Under the pieces are notes generated by a model, which saw only the letters and a list, made by a program, of their open reading frames with translations, was not told the origin of the DNA and searched no databases. This document shows, in pieces, positions 40,189 to 49,982 of a stretch of 64,000 nucleotides of DNA; position 1 is the stretch's first letter; each line of letters starts with the position of its first letter. The position numbers and the translations under genes are program-made. This DNA comes from a virus (taxonomy: Duplodnaviria; Caudoviricetes): the IMG/VR virus record IMGVR_UViG_3300035180_001680; one strand, given 5' to 3'.

Positions 40189-40555
40189 ATCGAATAAATC
40201 AAGTAGAGGTGATATATTTTATAGGATTCTCAGTTTGGGATGATAAAAATAATTGTTTAAGTTGGAACGATACAATTGAATGGTTCAACATACTTGAAAT
40301 TCAACACGTTCCAGCGATATACGATGGAATATACAACGAAAAAGTGTTCGTTCTGTTGTAGCTGATAATGACTGGTCTAGTCATGAAGGTTATGTTATTA
40401 GAATAGCAGATAGTTTCTCTTATGGAAACTTTCGCAACAATGTTGGGAAAGTTGTCCGGAAGGGACACGTGCAAACAGCAGCACACCACTGGGACTATCA
40501 AAGAATAACACCAAATCTTTTAAAGGTAAAACAATGGACCAAAGAAAAGTTTTAG
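40181..40555 (+). pseudogene. Decayed ATP-dependent RNA ligase (C-terminal half, two frame breaks)
   Basis: Frame A 40209-40361 'YFIGFSVWDDKNNCLSWNDTIEWF...VPAIYDGIYNEK'; frame B to 40555 'EGYVIRIADSF...KVVRKGHVQT...HHW'; motif I (KxDG) absent. Confidence 0.65.
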
Positions 40556-41079
40556 AACGAAATAAAATTGTTGAAATGTATGCAGGCTCACGAGCATACG
40601 GAACAAGTCTTCCTACGTCTGATATTGACATTCGAGGAATTTTTGTTGGGGATCCTGTGAGTATTCGAACACCTTTCTTTCATGTAGATGAAGTGGAACT
40701 TCCAGAAAATGATATTAAATTTTTTGAGTTAAATAAATTTATAAAGTTAGTTGTAGACCAAAATCCAAATGTTGTTGAATTGTTGTGGACAAGTGGACCT
40801 GACATCATCATGTCATCTCCTGCGTACGAATTGCTCCGGCAAGCTAGAGGCAACCTGCTAACATCCAAGGTTGCATTCGCAACTTCTGGATATGCATTTT
40901 CTCAACTTTCCAGAATGAAAAATTCCAAAAAAAATGTAAACAGTTTAGAACCATTAAATGACCTTTGTTCTCTGTTAAAACGAGCTGTCGAAGATGGTAA
41001 TATTGATAAAAACTTTATCGAAGAACACTGTGGAAATAACGTTTTAAATTATATGTTAGAAAATAAATACTTAGTATAA
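40534..41079 (+). CDS. RlaP/NrdC.11-like Pol-beta nucleotidyltransferase, N-terminal fragment
   Basis: 'GSRAYGTSLPTSDIDIRG' signature, 'NPNVVELLW', 'GYAFSQL'. Confidence 0.85.
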   Translation: MDQRKVLERNKIVEMYAGSRAYGTSLPTSDIDIRGIFVGDPVSIRTPFFHVDEVELPENDIKFFELNKFIKLVVDQNPNVVELLWTSGPDIIMSSPAYELLRQARGNLLTSKVAFATSGYAFSQLSRMKNSKKNVNSLEPLNDLCSLLKRAVEDGNIDKNFIEEHCGNNVLNYMLENKYLV

Positions 41080-41115
41080 ATGCTCTTATGCAACTTAAAG
41101 GCATGGACGGTCATA

Positions 41116-42150
41116 ATGGAAGATATTAACAATAATTTTATTGAGCGAATTAAAAATAGCTCCCTGATACGGAAAGATGGAAAAATTAATTCTCCAGCTA
41201 TAAAAAGTGTGCGTAATACACAATTAATTCAAGAAATAATACAAAGTACTAACTACCTTAACAACGATATTTCTTTTTCTCAGAGATGGTGGCATATACA
41301 AAACGGAAAAAATGTTCCTACATGCACAGAATGTAATAAAGAATTGATGTGGAATACCCGCTTATGTAAGTATCTTCGCTTTTGTAGTCAAAAATGTGCT
41401 GTAACTTCTGAGGAGGCATCGGACCGAACCAGTAAACATTTTATGGGACAAAAATTGACAAAAGAACAAGTACAAAAAAGAAAACAAAAAAGAAAACAAA
41501 ACGGATATTATGTGAACAGAGAAAAAACGATTGAATTATTAAGTCAACAAAAACAAGGAGAAAAAAATCCTCAATATGGAAAAACACCATGGAATTTTGG
41601 ATTGTGTGGGGAATTAAATCCTAACTTCGGAAAAAGGCGACCTGGAACTGGTTTAAAGGGAGAAAAAAATCCTCAATATGGGAAATCCCCATCCAAACAA
41701 GCAGGGAGGGGGATTAATGGAAAATTTAACAATTTACACTTTCGTAGTAGTTTAGAAATGTTATATTTAATGTATTGGTATGAAAACAATGTTAATGTTG
41801 TCAGTGCTGAAAACATTAAGTTTCGGGTCAAGTATATTAATTCCAGTGGAGTTAAACGAACATATTCACCTGATTTTTTTATAAATGAAACTAACACGTT
41901 GGTGGAAATTAAACCAGAAAATCTTCACACAAACGTAGAAGTATTGCAAAAATTTAATACCCTAAAAGAAACTCATACACAATTGGTTTGTGAGTTGGTG
42001 GGGTTTAAACAAATTAGTAATTTTATTCAAACAATTATTAAACAAAACAAGATTGATTATTATATAAAATCTGGTATATTAGAAATTTCTTTATTTCAAC
42101 TTGAAAGGCTAAAACACAATTATGGTGACATCATTAGAGCAACTCTTTAA
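41116..42150 (+). mobile_element. Free-standing homing endonuclease (Zn finger + NUMOD3-like repeats + TnsA-like PD-(D/E)XK)
   Basis: 'CTECNK...FCSQKC'; repeated 'GEKNPQYGK'; 'FRSSLE...YSPDFFI...LVEIKP'; near-consensus late promoter TATAAATG at 41075-41082. Confidence 0.8.
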
Positions 42151-42799
42151 AACATATCAAGTTGAAGCGACAAAAGCGGAACAAATGAAACGCGTATGTA
42201 AGCCAAGCCAAGCAACACACACCAACATTTATTTAACTCAGTCTCTAAACCCATTTCGTGTTAACTTTGATGTAAACTTGGAGGGATACATACTTCAACA
42301 CAGATTTTCAACTTCTTTTGATATAGTAAAAAGTACCAACAAACGAAGTACTATATTTACACGAAGTGGTGATTTAAATGTTGGTGATGGAAAATCCAAT
42401 GGGACAATAATCGGTATATTGTTCTTTGATGAACCATCTTACCAACACGCTAAATCAAATTATGATAAATTTTGGGAATGGAAACTTAATCGAAATTCAT
42501 CTCGATCAGCATTAGAGGAACAATTTGGATACGATACTAAACATGCAATGCATCTTGTGCGTTTGTTGCGGATGGGTCACGAAGCATTAACAGAAGGTGT
42601 GATTAGAGTTCGACGCCCTGATGCTCAAGAATTACTATCAATTCGAGCTGGCGCTTGGACATATGAGCAAGTCGTGGAATATGCAGAACACATGAACGCA
42701 GAAGTGGATAAAGCGCTGAAAACATCGCAACTTCGAAAAGATGTAGATTTAATTCAAGTTACAAAGCTGATTATGGATGTGCAAAATTCGGTCTGGTAA
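42122..42799 (+). CDS. RlaP/NrdC.11-like nucleotidyltransferase, C-terminal fragment
   Basis: 'FWEWKLNRN...FGYDTKHAMHLVRLLRMG...RRPDAQELLSIRAG'. Confidence 0.85.
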   Translation: MVTSLEQLFKTYQVEATKAEQMKRVCKPSQATHTNIYLTQSLNPFRVNFDVNLEGYILQHRFSTSFDIVKSTNKRSTIFTRSGDLNVGDGKSNGTIIGILFFDEPSYQHAKSNYDKFWEWKLNRNSSRSALEEQFGYDTKHAMHLVRLLRMGHEALTEGVIRVRRPDAQELLSIRAGAWTYEQVVEYAEHMNAEVDKALKTSQLRKDVDLIQVTKLIMDVQNSVW

Positions 42800-42857
42800 A
42801 ATGTGTAGCTTCCTTGTTCTTTTTATAAATAACTTTGAAGAACAAGGAATTACTTTT

Positions 42858-43343
42858 ATGGTCGAAACATCTAAAGATTTTTTAATTGAAATCATAGATA
42901 CGTTAAACAAGCGTAATTTTGTATATCAACGTGTTACAAACGGTATCGCTAAAAAAATAGATTTTGTTTTTGAAGCAATCATTGAACATTTAAATCAGAA
43001 CGCCCATGAGATGGAATGGGAAAGCATTGAAGTGTCTGATGATTTACTTGTCGTCGTCGCAAAAATTCCAGGTGAAACAGCCAAACAACAAAACGTGTTG
43101 TCTGTTGGAGTTCCTCTTGAAGTTATAAAAACACAATCAAAGGAAAAAGTTTTAGAGTTTTTTGTACAAGCTGAAGCTTTAAGAGTGACAAGAGAAAAAG
43201 AATTAATGGAACTTATTAAGAATTATACAGAAGACATTTCAATGGTTTATGATTCTTTTGATGATGTTGACAATTTAGAAGAAGACGGTGATAATGATAT
43301 GGAAATAGAGAAAAAATCTGTTCCCAAACGAACATTACACTGA
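42858..43343 (+). CDS. Hypothetical protein
   Basis: ORF with AGGA RBS before the MVETSK start. Confidence 0.65.
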   Translation: MVETSKDFLIEIIDTLNKRNFVYQRVTNGIAKKIDFVFEAIIEHLNQNAHEMEWESIEVSDDLLVVVAKIPGETAKQQNVLSVGVPLEVIKTQSKEKVLEFFVQAEALRVTREKELMELIKNYTEDISMVYDSFDDVDNLEEDGDNDMEIEKKSVPKRTLH

Positions 43344-43344
43344 A

Positions 43345-43809
43345 ATGCAACGACCATTAGAATTATTACACGAAAACGTTACAAACATTGTCCGCATACT
43401 CGATGTGTATGAACAATACCTAGACAATTACAAAGACCACCTTCGACTTCAAGGTAAAAATTTAGTTGTAGCAAATAATGAACAACCTGGGTGGTTAGTT
43501 TATTATGATTCCAGACGTTCAGAATTAAAATCTGCTTTAGAATATATGGAAGTTCAAGTTCAGAAAGTTCGAGGGAAATTATGGAAAGATTACACAGAAA
43601 ATTACTCTAGAGAACTTCAAGCAAAAGACAAAGAACAATACATAAACCATGAACCAACATACCTTGATACGTATGAATTATATCTCGAACTAAAAGACTT
43701 ATACGAACAATACGTTTCTGTAGTCGATGCATTTAAGGCTCGGGGATATGCATTAAATAACATTACAAGAATAGTCAGTTCAGACATGGCTGATTATATG
43801 ATAGATTGA
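43345..43809 (+). CDS. uvsY: UvsY-like recombination mediator
   Basis: Helical ~150 aa protein 'YINHEP...FKARGYALNNI' immediately before uvsW. Confidence 0.7.
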   Translation: MQRPLELLHENVTNIVRILDVYEQYLDNYKDHLRLQGKNLVVANNEQPGWLVYYDSRRSELKSALEYMEVQVQKVRGKLWKDYTENYSRELQAKDKEQYINHEPTYLDTYELYLELKDLYEQYVSVVDAFKARGYALNNITRIVSSDMADYMID

Positions 43810-45317
43810 TGGACATAAAACACTTTGTTGAGCAAACATACGCCAAGTCAGTCACGATAACACTAAAAAACGAAGTTCAGTGTATTGTGTCTGGTCTTCA
43901 TCCTGACGATTCAAAATATTTTGAGGATCAATTCGCCTATTTGTCTGAAGGGTATTTTTTTAAACCAAAATATAAGCTAGGTGTGTGGGATGGCAAAGTT
44001 CGTTTCTTTACATCAGCTGGTAACACCTATAATCATTTATTAGATCAAATAATTCCAACAATAAAATCATTTGGATATAAAATCAAATTAAATGATAAAC
44101 GTGTTGGTGTATTTGAGGAAGTCGATCCTATAGACAAAGACTATTTTCAACACATTACAAATCCAAAGACCAATGAACCATATCAGATTAGACCATATCA
44201 GATAGAAGCTGTTAATAAATTAACAGCTGATGGTGGAGGGATCGTTGTTGCAGCAACTTCGGCAGGAAAAACTACAATAAATGCAGCCCTTGTTGACTTG
44301 TACGGTAAAAAGGGTTTACGCTCAATTACGGTAGTTCCCAATATTTCTCTTGTATCTCAAACAACCAAAGCGTTCCGAGCTTTTGAGTTAGACGTGGGAG
44401 AATATAGTGGTGATTTAAAAGACACCAATCACCTCCACGTTGTGTCAACGTGGCAAGCGTTACAATATAATCCAAAAATGGTAAGTGAGTTTGATGTCCT
44501 TGTAATAGATGAATGTCAAGGTGCTAAAGCAAATGTTATTGGAACTTTAATTAAAGAATATGGCAAAAATATTGCTCATCGGTTCGGTTTAACAGGAACA
44601 TTTCCAAAAAATAAAGCTGATGCAATGACCATTAACACAAGTCTTGGATTTATAAAGTATACTATTCCAGCAGAAGTGTTAATAAAAGATGGATGGTTGG
44701 CGACCCCTAATATTACTATAATTCAGCTCGATGACCAAGATCGTTTTAATCAATTATTACGAGAAACAAGCAAACCTAACAATGATACGGAAAAATTTAC
44801 TTACGATAACGAAACTGCGTTTCTCCAACAAGATAAAGTTCGATTGCAGTGGATTGCAGATTTTGTTATCGAAAAAGGTTCTGCTTATAAAGGAAATGTC
44901 TTGTGTTTGGTTAATTCCATTAAGATAGGAAAAAAATTATCGAAGATTATTCCAAGTTCGAAGTTTTTGTATGGTAAAGATAAACAAAAAGTTAGACAAG
45001 CAGTTTATGATTTATTTGAGACGTTTAATGACCTTATAGTAATTGCTACAGTGCAAATTGCAGGGGTAGGGTTAAGTATTGATAGAATCTTTAATTTAAT
45101 ATTCATTGATGGTGGAAAATCTTTCGTTCGTGTTATCCAAGCAATAGGAAGGGGGCTTCGTATAGGAAAAGATAAGGACAGTGTTGACATAATTGATATA
45201 TGTGGAAACCTCGAATATTCTCGACGGCATTTATCAGCTCGAATAAAATATTACAAAGAAGCTAAATATAAACACAAAAAAATTGTTGTAAATTACAATG
45301 AACTTGTTGATGTTTGA
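43806..45317 (+). CDS. uvsW: UvsW-like SF2 DNA helicase
   Basis: 'KYKLGVWDGKVR', 'RPYQ', 'ATSAGKT', 'IDECQ', 'QAIGRGLR'. Confidence 0.9.
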   Translation: MMDIKHFVEQTYAKSVTITLKNEVQCIVSGLHPDDSKYFEDQFAYLSEGYFFKPKYKLGVWDGKVRFFTSAGNTYNHLLDQIIPTIKSFGYKIKLNDKRVGVFEEVDPIDKDYFQHITNPKTNEPYQIRPYQIEAVNKLTADGGGIVVAATSAGKTTINAALVDLYGKKGLRSITVVPNISLVSQTTKAFRAFELDVGEYSGDLKDTNHLHVVSTWQALQYNPKMVSEFDVLVIDECQGAKANVIGTLIKEYGKNIAHRFGLTGTFPKNKADAMTINTSLGFIKYTIPAEVLIKDGWLATPNITIIQLDDQDRFNQLLRETSKPNNDTEKFTYDNETAFLQQDKVRLQWIADFVIEKGSAYKGNVLCLVNSIKIGKKLSKIIPSSKFLYGKDKQKVRQAVYDLFETFNDLIVIATVQIAGVGLSIDRIFNLIFIDGGKSFVRVIQAIGRGLRIGKDKDSVDIIDICGNLEYSRRHLSARIKYYKEAKYKHKKIVVNYNELVDV

Positions 45318-45335
45318 CCATTATTGAGTTATAAT
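45307..45335 (+). promoter_or_regulatory. sigma70-type promoter
   Basis: TTGATG-17 nt-TATAAT. Confidence 0.55.
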
Positions 45336-45364
45336 GTGTATTAACGATTATAATAAGGAAAATT

Positions 45365-45850
45365 ATGTTAATATATAATGACCAAACAGAACCAATGTTT
45401 ATTGAAAGTATTCACACTCCTCTCGATTCAACACACATGTGGGTTTTAGATGTAGAGTTGTATGATTATACATTAGCACCAATTTTAATGCTTGAGGAAA
45501 TTTATTCACCAGCAATAACTCTTGATGTGTTGGGTTTTCAATTTACTCTCCCATCAAACTGGTTTGTAGTAGTTTATGATTTAGAAACAACACAATTAGA
45601 CGTTGTACAGATTTCAGAGTTAACAGGACAAGTTCACACAATTTTAGGTGGTGGACCAAACATAACAAGAGCTGTCCCGATTTATGCCACTCCCGTTGAT
45701 TATAAACCATTATTTAAACACGTTGGTCCATCTCTCAATAAACACCAACTGTTGTGTCATCCAGTTGCCCCTGGGTATTGGATTAATGTATCCCCCATTG
45801 ATACATATAGTAAATATCTAAAAGAATCTATTGTGGGTGATTTGTGTTAA
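45365..45850 (+). CDS. Hypothetical protein
   Basis: Clean ORF with AAGGA RBS. Confidence 0.7.
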   Translation: MLIYNDQTEPMFIESIHTPLDSTHMWVLDVELYDYTLAPILMLEEIYSPAITLDVLGFQFTLPSNWFVVVYDLETTQLDVVQISELTGQVHTILGGGPNITRAVPIYATPVDYKPLFKHVGPSLNKHQLLCHPVAPGYWINVSPIDTYSKYLKESIVGDLC

Positions 45851-45862
45851 GGAGACAAACAA

Positions 45863-46372
45863 ATGCTAATTTATGATCCAAATTCTAATATTTCTGAACA
45901 TTTTAAAATGTATGAGGTAATGCAATCGAGCGTTGCTTCTAGGAATAATATCGACAACATTCCAACTTCACCAATTTTGGAAGCTGCTACTTTAACTGCA
46001 AAAAAAGTACTTGAACCAATTCGGAATTACTTCGGAATCCCATTTTCACCAAATTCTTGGTATAGAGGTGAATTGTTGGAAAAGTTTATTAATGAGATTC
46101 CATACAAACAGTGGTGTAATAGAAAAGGGTTAAGTGTTAACAAAGACTCGTGGCAACAATATTTTGTTTTAAAAAGTCATCCAAGGGGTGAAGCTGTAGA
46201 CATAAAAATTCCAGGAATAAAAAATGATGATTTGTTAAAATGGATTGCAGATAATATTGAATATGACCAATTAATTCGTGAATTTCCAAAACCGAATGAT
46301 CCTCATTCTGGTTGGGTTCATGTTAGTTTCTCCTCAACCCACAACAGACACGAACTTTTCACAATAGTTTAA
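45863..46372 (+). CDS. Peptidase M15A-family (endolysin-like) metallopeptidase
   Basis: 'SWYR...SHPRGEAVDI...YDQLIREF...WVHVSF'. Confidence 0.85.
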   Translation: MLIYDPNSNISEHFKMYEVMQSSVASRNNIDNIPTSPILEAATLTAKKVLEPIRNYFGIPFSPNSWYRGELLEKFINEIPYKQWCNRKGLSVNKDSWQQYFVLKSHPRGEAVDIKIPGIKNDDLLKWIADNIEYDQLIREFPKPNDPHSGWVHVSFSSTHNRHELFTIV

Positions 46373-46382
46373 GGAACACATT

Positions 46383-46748
46383 ATGTCGGAACAAAAAGAA
46401 GATACCATTTCATTAAAGGATTTTAAGTCTTGGCTCCAGGGAGTTGAGGATATGCAAGAGGATGATTGGATTCCTAATGCAGTACAGTGGAAAAAAATAA
46501 GATCGAAAATTAATTTACTTGATGATGCGCAACAAGCACCATATAGACAAAACAACTCACCTGTTGTGAATACCCCTCAATATATGAGTCCTATGCCTAT
46601 GCCTATGCCTATGCCATCCCCCTCACAGGGATTCAGTAGTGCTTTTGATACGTATATTCCACCACCTGCAGGTCCTTCGATTTTAGCATCACCCAAAACT
46701 CCAGATATTGATACTTCAGATGGCAGTTATCAAACAAGCTACCTGTAA
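46383..46748 (+). CDS. Hypothetical protein with Pro/Met-rich tail
   Basis: 'LKDFKSWLQGVEDMQ..DW.P...QW.KIR' domain plus an MPMPMPMP microrepeat. Confidence 0.7.
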   Translation: MSEQKEDTISLKDFKSWLQGVEDMQEDDWIPNAVQWKKIRSKINLLDDAQQAPYRQNNSPVVNTPQYMSPMPMPMPMPSPSQGFSSAFDTYIPPPAGPSILASPKTPDIDTSDGSYQTSYL

Positions 46749-47277
46749 AACAAGATTAAAAGATAGAGATTTGTGGTTTGATGGAGACATTTCCGTGTCT
46801 CCCGAATTGCTTGTATCTATGTTAATGAAAGGAATCGATATAAATTCTCTGTTTACAACAGAGATTACACCAGATATTCGTCAATATAACAATCTTGCAA
46901 CTAGACAAATATCAGTTAAGGAAGGAATTAATTCGTTAAACTTTGAGTGGAATTTCGGTAAATCATATCAACAAATCGATATAGAAGACTTTGTTTTAGA
47001 GTGTTTAGAACAAGAGATTCAACATTTTTCAAAAAGTGAACAAAGTGTTCGTATTAAACGAACGATAAAAGAGTTAGAACTGTTTAAACAACACTCGTTT
47101 ATGACTGTTTTGAAATTGATGGTTTTTATAATCGATGTATTTGAACAACAAAATGTTGTGTGGGGAGTTGGACGAGGAAGTAGTGTATCATCATATGTTT
47201 TATATTTAATTGGTGTTCATGATATAGACAGTGTAGAATATAATCTTCCAATTGAAGATTTTTTCCATTATCACTAA
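46708..47277 (+). CDS. DnaE/PolIII-alpha-like fragment 1 (palm N-part)
   Basis: 'RIKRTIKELELF...WGVGRGSSVSSYVLYLIGVHDIDSVEYNLPIEDFF' parallels DnaE '[34 protein letters not shown]'. Start codon uncertain (TTG 46708 or ATG 46720). Confidence 0.85.
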   Translation: MILQMAVIKQATCKTRLKDRDLWFDGDISVSPELLVSMLMKGIDINSLFTTEITPDIRQYNNLATRQISVKEGINSLNFEWNFGKSYQQIDIEDFVLECLEQEIQHFSKSEQSVRIKRTIKELELFKQHSFMTVLKLMVFIIDVFEQQNVVWGVGRGSSVSSYVLYLIGVHDIDSVEYNLPIEDFFHYH

Positions 47278-47310
47278 TTATAAATAAACTGTTAACAGAG
47301 GAGATAAGTT

Positions 47311-47532
47311 ATGGCAAAGCGTATTAGAAGTGCAAAAGGAGAAATGGTTGATTTTGATATTTTAACAATTAAACAACAGATTGCTGCTGGGAAAAGTAAA
47401 GCTGTCGTTGAACCAATTGTTGAAGTAAAGAGACAAGAGAATTTTATTGATAAGAGAAACAAACGTCGCATTGCGAAGGTTGTTAATAAACAACCCGATG
47501 ATGTTACAGAAACCGAACCAACAACTGAATAG
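47311..47532 (+). CDS. Small hypothetical late protein
   Basis: TATAAATA at 47279-47286; GAGGAG RBS. Confidence 0.7.
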   Translation: MAKRIRSAKGEMVDFDILTIKQQIAAGKSKAVVEPIVEVKRQENFIDKRNKRRIAKVVNKQPDDVTETEPTTE

Positions 47533-47542
47533 TGGAGAAAAT

Positions 47543-47830
47543 ATGTTACGACCAATTGGAGATTCAATTATTTTTATATTTGAAGATGATGTAGATGAAA
47601 AAGGTTTTACCAATAAGACATCTGGTGGACTCATTTATAAGTCGTTTGATGTGGATGTTAAATCACCTCGTTGGGGGAAAGTAATTTCAGTTGGAGATAA
47701 AGTTGAAGAAATTCAACCAGGGATGACTGTTTTGATTGAACCACTACGTTGGACTGACGGGTTTAAACATGAAGATGTTAAATATTGGAAGACAGTAGAA
47801 AAAGAGATTATGGCTATAAGAGAAGAGTAA
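47543..47830 (+). CDS. groES: GroES-like co-chaperonin
   Basis: 'LRPIGDSII...KTSGGLI...GKVISVGDKVEEIQPGMTVLI'. Confidence 0.8.
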   Translation: MLRPIGDSIIFIFEDDVDEKGFTNKTSGGLIYKSFDVDVKSPRWGKVISVGDKVEEIQPGMTVLIEPLRWTDGFKHEDVKYWKTVEKEIMAIREE

Positions 47831-47831
47831 C

Positions 47832-48095
47832 ATGGAAAATTTGAATATGATTAACCAACGAACTTGGGAAGAATTCAGAGAAACCAAACTATTGTGGTGG
47901 ATAAATCGTTTGTTACATACTTTCGGTTGGGCTATTGTATATGATTTTGATTCGGACGGTCAACTTTTTTCAGTGTTTCCTGCTCGAGTCGACCCCCGTG
48001 GGTTTACTGAAAAGAGTGAAACAGAAGGTTTTATTGGATTGACTCAGTATATCAAAGACAATATATATACTTTAAATACTAAATGTATGGAATAA
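47832..48095 (+). CDS. Hypothetical protein
   Basis: 'WEEFRETKLLWWINRLLHTFGWAI' conserved-looking small ORF. Confidence 0.65.
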   Translation: MENLNMINQRTWEEFRETKLLWWINRLLHTFGWAIVYDFDSDGQLFSVFPARVDPRGFTEKSETEGFIGLTQYIKDNIYTLNTKCME

Positions 48096-48096
48096 T

Positions 48097-48984
48097 ATGT
48101 TTTTTATCGCAATTTTGTTTATTACTACGTTATCTATAGCTGGGACCGCAGCGTTTTTCAGTGTATATGGATTAGCACAGTTATTCCAGGGTATGATGAT
48201 CCCAGTTATGATTATGGGGGCATCACTAGAAGCAGGTAAACTTGTAACTGCTTCTTTTTTATATAGGTATTGGAATAAACTAAAGATTGGATTTCGGATA
48301 TATCTTGTAACAGCTGTTATAGTGTTAATGGCTGTTACTTCGATGGGTATATTTGGGATGTTGTCGTTGGGATATCAAGCTGATACTCTTCCGTTAAAAC
48401 AAGTCAATTCACAAATTAAATTATTGAATGAAGAGCAAATTCAACTAGCAACTCGTAAACAAGAGATTGATAAACAAATTGAATCACTTCCGGCAGATTA
48501 TGTAAAAGGTCGCCAGAAATTGATGAAAACGTTTGCCCCTGAATTAACTAGAATTAACAATCGGTTACCAGAAATTACAACCGAAACACAAAAATTAAAC
48601 ACACAATTGTTAACAACACAAGCACACGTTGGTCCCATCATATACATTGCTGAGGCGTTTGGTCAAGACGTTGATGATGCTACTAAGTATGTAATTTTAT
48701 TAATTATTGGTGTGTTCGATCCACTTGCAGTTGCATTAACAATCGGTGTTAACGTGGCAATTAGAATTCGAAAAGAAGAAAAACTTGAAGAAAAAATCGA
48801 AGACCAGATTATTGAAACTACAACTGAATCATCACCAACTTATAATGGGTTAACTTCTGATGAAATTAGGTTGTTGGTTGAAGATGAAATTAAAAAATCC
48901 CACCAAGAACAACCTACCAATCATCACCTTGACTCTCTTGCCAAAAAACAACAAATAGTTTCTGATTTAAGGTCATTTTCTTAA
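48097..48984 (+). CDS. Membrane protein (3 N-terminal TM helices, coiled coil, 1 C-terminal TM)
   Basis: Hydrophobic stretches plus 'EAGKLV' and 'FDPLAV' motifs. Confidence 0.7.
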   Translation: MFFIAILFITTLSIAGTAAFFSVYGLAQLFQGMMIPVMIMGASLEAGKLVTASFLYRYWNKLKIGFRIYLVTAVIVLMAVTSMGIFGMLSLGYQADTLPLKQVNSQIKLLNEEQIQLATRKQEIDKQIESLPADYVKGRQKLMKTFAPELTRINNRLPEITTETQKLNTQLLTTQAHVGPIIYIAEAFGQDVDDATKYVILLIIGVFDPLAVALTIGVNVAIRIRKEEKLEEKIEDQIIETTTESSPTYNGLTSDEIRLLVEDEIKKSHQEQPTNHHLDSLAKKQQIVSDLRSFS

Positions 48985-48988
48985 TTTC

Positions 48989-49017
48989 TTGTCATTATTT
49001 AATTCTATGAGTATAAT
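48989..49017 (+). promoter_or_regulatory. sigma70-type promoter
   Basis: TTGTCA-17 nt-TATAAT upstream of the clamp loader. Confidence 0.7.
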
Positions 49018-49038
49018 TATAGAATAATTACAGGAATA

Positions 49039-49971
49039 ATGTTTATGGCACTGGAAAAATTGTGGGTTGAAAAATACAGACCTCAAGTTCTCAAAGAATA
49101 TGTTTTTCATGACGAAAAACAACAACAAGCCTTTTCAAAGATGGTGGAACAAAAATCAATCCCACATCTGCTTTTGTCTGGAGTTCAAGGAACAGGTAAA
49201 ACTACTATTGCCCGAATTTTAATAAACGAATGTGATGTAGAAGAAACAGATATTCTTATTATTAATGCATCTGATGAAAACAGTGTAGATGTTATTCGAG
49301 ACAAGATTAAAGGATTTATTACAACTTACGCTTTGGGGGATTTTAAAGTTATTCTTCTTGAAGAAGCGGACTATATTACTCCAAACGGACAAGCTGTTCT
49401 TCGTGTTTTAATGGAAGAATATTCAAATGAAGCTAGATTTATTTTAACATGCAATTATGAAAACAAAATTATTCCAGCTATTCGTTCCAGGTGTCAACAT
49501 TTTAGATTTAAAGCCGGAGATAGAGATGACATTTCTGAATATGTAGCAACAATTTTAATACACGAAAAAGTAAAATTTGACCTACAAACCCTTGATAAAT
49601 TCATTTCAATTGGATATCCAGACATTCGAAAAATTGTTAACACAATGCAGCAACACACTCATAGTGGTGTTTTAACAATCCCCAGTTCCCAGGGAGAAGT
49701 TGGTGATTACAAATATGAGTTGTTGGATTTGATACAATTAGATAAATGGGTCAAAATGAGAGAAATTGTGTGTGGAAATGTTTCAGGAGAAGAATGGGAA
49801 GACTTATATAGATTTTTATATGAGAATCTTCACAGAGCACCAAAATTTGAAAACACACAAAGGTGGGAAGAAGGGATTATTATTGTAGCTGACCATCTAT
49901 ACAAACACACATTATCTGCAGACCCGGAAATAAATGCAGCTGCAATGTTTATAAAACTTGGACAATTATAA
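49039..49971 (+). CDS. gp44: Clamp-loader AAA+ subunit (gp44/RFC-like)
   Basis: 'WVEKYRP', 'GVQGTGKT', 'INASDE', 'LEEAD', 'IRSRC'. Confidence 0.93.
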   Translation: MFMALEKLWVEKYRPQVLKEYVFHDEKQQQAFSKMVEQKSIPHLLLSGVQGTGKTTIARILINECDVEETDILIINASDENSVDVIRDKIKGFITTYALGDFKVILLEEADYITPNGQAVLRVLMEEYSNEARFILTCNYENKIIPAIRSRCQHFRFKAGDRDDISEYVATILIHEKVKFDLQTLDKFISIGYPDIRKIVNTMQQHTHSGVLTIPSSQGEVGDYKYELLDLIQLDKWVKMREIVCGNVSGEEWEDLYRFLYENLHRAPKFENTQRWEEGIIIVADHLYKHTLSADPEINAAAMFIKLGQL

Positions 49972-49982
49972 GGAGAGTAAAA

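Noticed and set aside
40338-40350. Programmed frameshift (GAAAAAG) rescuing the RNA-ligase fragments
   Set aside because: The run is not phased as X XXY YYZ, and the catalytic N-half is missing anyway.
40301-40631. Minus-strand ORFs 40301..40501 and 40398..40631
   Set aside because: They are antisense to the RNA-ligase relic and the RlaP start.
40900-42260. Group I intron or intein explaining the split nucleotidyltransferase
   Set aside because: The interval is fully occupied by abutting ORFs; I could not recognise P7/R/S elements or intein C1 and His-Asn termini by eye. An Infernal search is still needed to exclude an intron formally.
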